64,000 nucleotides of DNA from Candidatus Eiseniibacteriota bacterium (GTDB taxonomy: Bacteria; Eisenbacteria; RBG-16-71-46; JABDJR01): contig CAWANH010000028.1 in NCBI GenBank assembly GCA_963783375.1, forward strand, positions 1,056,001 to 1,120,000, given 5' to 3'. Under the pieces are notes generated by a model. That model was not told where the DNA came from and ran no database searches. It worked only from the letters and a program-made list of their open reading frames with translations. Of the stretch, positions 61,881-64,000 are shown one piece after another (position 1 is the stretch's first letter; the number at the start of each line of letters is the position of its first letter). The translations under genes and the position numbers were made by a program.

Positions 61881-63320
61881 ATGGAAGCACTTCTCACCGC
61901 CGTGGCGTTCCTGGTCGTGACTGCGGCCTCGGTGATCTGGCATCTCCGGCGGACGGGGGTGGCGGCGGGTCCCGCCGCCCCACCGGCCGGGCCCCCGTGC
62001 CCGCGCTGCCACGCCGCGGTGCCCGCCGAGGCCACGTTCTGCCCGGCCTGCGGCGTGCCCCGGCAGATCTTCGAGGTCGTCACCGCGCAGACCGTGGACC
62101 CCTCCGCCCCGAAGTCCAACCGCGGCGTTGACGGGCCTCTCCACGCCCTGGTGCGCGCGGACCGGTGCGTGGGGTGCGGGACCTGCGTGGCCGCCTGCCC
62201 GGAACCGGGAGCGATCGCTCTCAAGGGGAAGGTGGCGGTGGTGGACAAGAACGTCTGCGTGGGCCACGGGGAGTGCGTCCAGGCCTGCCCGGTCGGCGCG
62301 GTCTCCATGGCCGGAGGGGAGGCGGTCCAGCGGGTCGAGGTTCCGGAGGTCGACGCGGGTTTCCAGTCCAACGTGCGCGGTCTCTACATCGTGGGGGAGC
62401 TGGGGGGGCGCGGCCTCATCAAGAACGCGATCAACGAGGGGAAGATCGCCGCCGAGGACGTGGTGCGGGCGCTTCCTCCCGGGGAATCGCGCGCCGACGG
62501 CCGGGACGACGTCCTTGATCTGGTGGTGGTGGGGTCCGGTCCGGCCGGCCTCAGCGCCGGGTTGGAGGCCCACCGCACCGGTCTTCGCTACGCCGTGCTC
62601 GAACAGGGCACCCTGGCCGACACCATCCGCAAGTATCCGCGGCGAAAGCTCCTCCTGGCCGAACCGGTTCGTGTCCCGCTCTACGGCGATCTGTGGGTCT
62701 CGGATGCCTCCAAGGAGACCCTGCTCCAGGTCTGGGAAACCATCATCGCCAACACCGGCCTGAGCGTGCTCACCGAGCACCGCGTGGGGAACGTGCTTCG
62801 CGAGGGCGAACTCTTCCGCGTCACCACCGACCGGGGCGACTTCCTGACCCGGCGCGTGGTGCTCGCCCTCGGCCGTCGCGGCACGCCCCGGCGGCTCGGC
62901 GTTCCCGGCGAGGAGCTGGCCAAGGTGACCTACGACATCGTGGAGATGGAGGTGTTCGCGGGGCGGCGGGTCCTGGTGGTGGGTGGGGGAGACAGCGCGG
63001 TGGAGTCCGCGCTGGGTCTGGCCAACCAGCCGGGGACCGAGGTGTACCTCTCCTACCGGGGCGCTGAGCTTTCCCGCGTCAAGGAACGGAACCTGACGAA
63101 GCTGGACAAGGCGCTGGCCGCGGGCAAGGTGACCATGCTCTACGAAAGCCGGATCGTGGAGATCGGCGAGGGGGAGGTGATCCTGGACGTCGCGGGGGAG
63201 ACACGCCGACTCCCCAACGACCACGTCATCATCCGGATCGGGGGCGATCCCCCGTTCAGGTTTCTCGAGCGCATCGGGGTGCGGTTGGTCCAGAAGGACG
63301 TGCCGCTGGTCTCGGCTTGA
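61881..63320 (+). CDS. Membrane-anchored zinc-ribbon/2x[4Fe-4S]/FAD-NAD(P) oxidoreductase (TrxB/YpdA-like)
   Basis: N-terminal TM; CPRC..CPAC; CVGCGTCVAACP and CVGHGECVQACP; GSGPAG and GGGDSA motifs. Confidence 0.88.
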   Translation: MEALLTAVAFLVVTAASVIWHLRRTGVAAGPAAPPAGPPCPRCHAAVPAEATFCPACGVPRQIFEVVTAQTVDPSAPKSNRGVDGPLHALVRADRCVGCGTCVAACPEPGAIALKGKVAVVDKNVCVGHGECVQACPVGAVSMAGGEAVQRVEVPEVDAGFQSNVRGLYIVGELGGRGLIKNAINEGKIAAEDVVRALPPGESRADGRDDVLDLVVVGSGPAGLSAGLEAHRTGLRYAVLEQGTLADTIRKYPRRKLLLAEPVRVPLYGDLWVSDASKETLLQVWETIIANTGLSVLTEHRVGNVLREGELFRVTTDRGDFLTRRVVLALGRRGTPRRLGVPGEELAKVTYDIVEMEVFAGRRVLVVGGGDSAVESALGLANQPGTEVYLSYRGAELSRVKERNLTKLDKALAAGKVTMLYESRIVEIGEGEVILDVAGETRRLPNDHVIIRIGGDPPFRFLERIGVRLVQKDVPLVSA

Positions 63321-64000
63321 CCGCGGGTCGATCGCGGACGCCCGCCGGTTTCGCGGCGGCCATTACCCTCATGGGGGTCTTGATGCTCCTGGGTTCGACA
63401 GTCCGGGTTTCGGCCCAGATCTCTCCCGGCGACCTCTCCCGGGAGCACCAGGATCTGAGCGGCCCGCTCAACTGCCTGAAGTGCCACGCCGGGAAGTCCG
63501 ACGCGATGGACGCGAACTGCCTCGCCTGTCACGCCGGGATCGCGCAGTTGAAGGAGAAGAACCTCGGGCTCCACTCCCGGACCGGCAAGGACCGGTGCGC
63601 TACCTGCCATCCCGAACATGCGGGCCGGGACTTCAAGCTCGTCGCGTGGGAGGGCGGATCGCCCGAGAAGTTCGACCACGGACGCACCGGCTGGACGCTC
63701 CAGGGCAAGCACGCGACCAAGGTTTGCCGGGATTGCCATCAGGCCAAGTACCGGACCTCACCGGTGACCCGGGTGATGAAACGGAAGGATCTCTCGGGGA
63801 GCTGGTTGGGTCTTGAGACCGCCTGCGCTTCGTGCCACGAGGACCTTCATCGCGGCGCCCTCGGAGGGGACTGCGCCCGGTGCCACGGCTTCGAGGCCTG
63901 GAAGCCGGCCGCCGCCTTCGACCACGCCGCCACCGCCTACCCCCTGACCGGAAAGCACGCGACCCTCGAGTGCGCCAAGTGCCACCTGGCCCCGGGTCTC
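63317..64000 (+). CDS. Secreted multiheme cytochrome c, 5' part (runs off window end; not in the ORF track)
   Basis: TTG 63317 or ATG 63371, signal peptide, SPGDLSREH, seven CxxCH (CLKCH, CLACH, CATCH, CRDCH, CASCH, CARCH, CAKCH), FDH...L.GKH repeats. Confidence 0.92.
   Translation, partial: MTAGRSRTPAGFAAAITLMGVLMLLGSTVRVSAQISPGDLSREHQDLSGPLNCLKCHAGKSDAMDANCLACHAGIAQLKEKNLGLHSRTGKDRCATCHPEHAGRDFKLVAWEGGSPEKFDHGRTGWTLQGKHATKVCRDCHQAKYRTSPVTRVMKRKDLSGSWLGLETACASCHEDLHRGALGGDCARCHGFEAWKPAAAFDHAATAYPLTGKHATLECAKCHLAPGL

Noticed and set aside
57502-64000. Genomic island integrated at tRNA-Asp
   Set aside because: No integrase, no visible repeat of the tRNA 3' end, and no obvious composition shift in the coding regions.

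Overview
GC-rich (~70%, by eye) bacterial chromosomal window with no integrase, transposase or CRISPR array. Its secreted proteins (FlgD/T9SS-like C-terminal domain, C-terminal TWGxLK tails, Ig-repeat lipoproteins) suggest an FCB-associated candidate phylum such as Eisenbacteria or Krumholzibacteria (inference). In order: (DUF1385)-prfA-prmC-repeat lipoprotein-murA-selB-ECF sigma/anti-sigma; an acyl-CoA carboxylase beta subunit divergent from thiolase plus an atypical SDR; two frameshifted outer-membrane protein paralogs; CDP-alcohol phosphatidyltransferase and tonB; a heat-shock operon with a sigma54-type promoter (hsp20-dnaK-DUF1844-grpE-dnaJ-SirB1/HspQ fusion); a CarH-type B12 regulator; a murQ-amidohydrolase-sugar ABC operon; Ig-repeat lipoproteins; Cys-rich secreted proteins; an RND/TolC module with ECF sigma, DUF2892 and TerC; anmK-spoIID-nagZ; tRNA-Asp; and the start of a membrane protein-FeS flavoprotein-multiheme cytochrome operon. 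Best leads: (1) a ~440-nt structured, apparently non-coding minus-strand RNA between a sigma54 promoter and an intrinsic terminator upstream of tonB; (2) a shared C-terminal TTWGRLKxQYH motif, possibly a sorting signal, on proteins carrying an unrecognised Cys-rich domain; (3) an FBXO21-like SirB1-HspQ fusion; (4) a circularly permuted TrxB-like flavoprotein next to a multiheme cytochrome. Several single-base frameshifts, including one in the dnaK tail, look like assembly indel errors.
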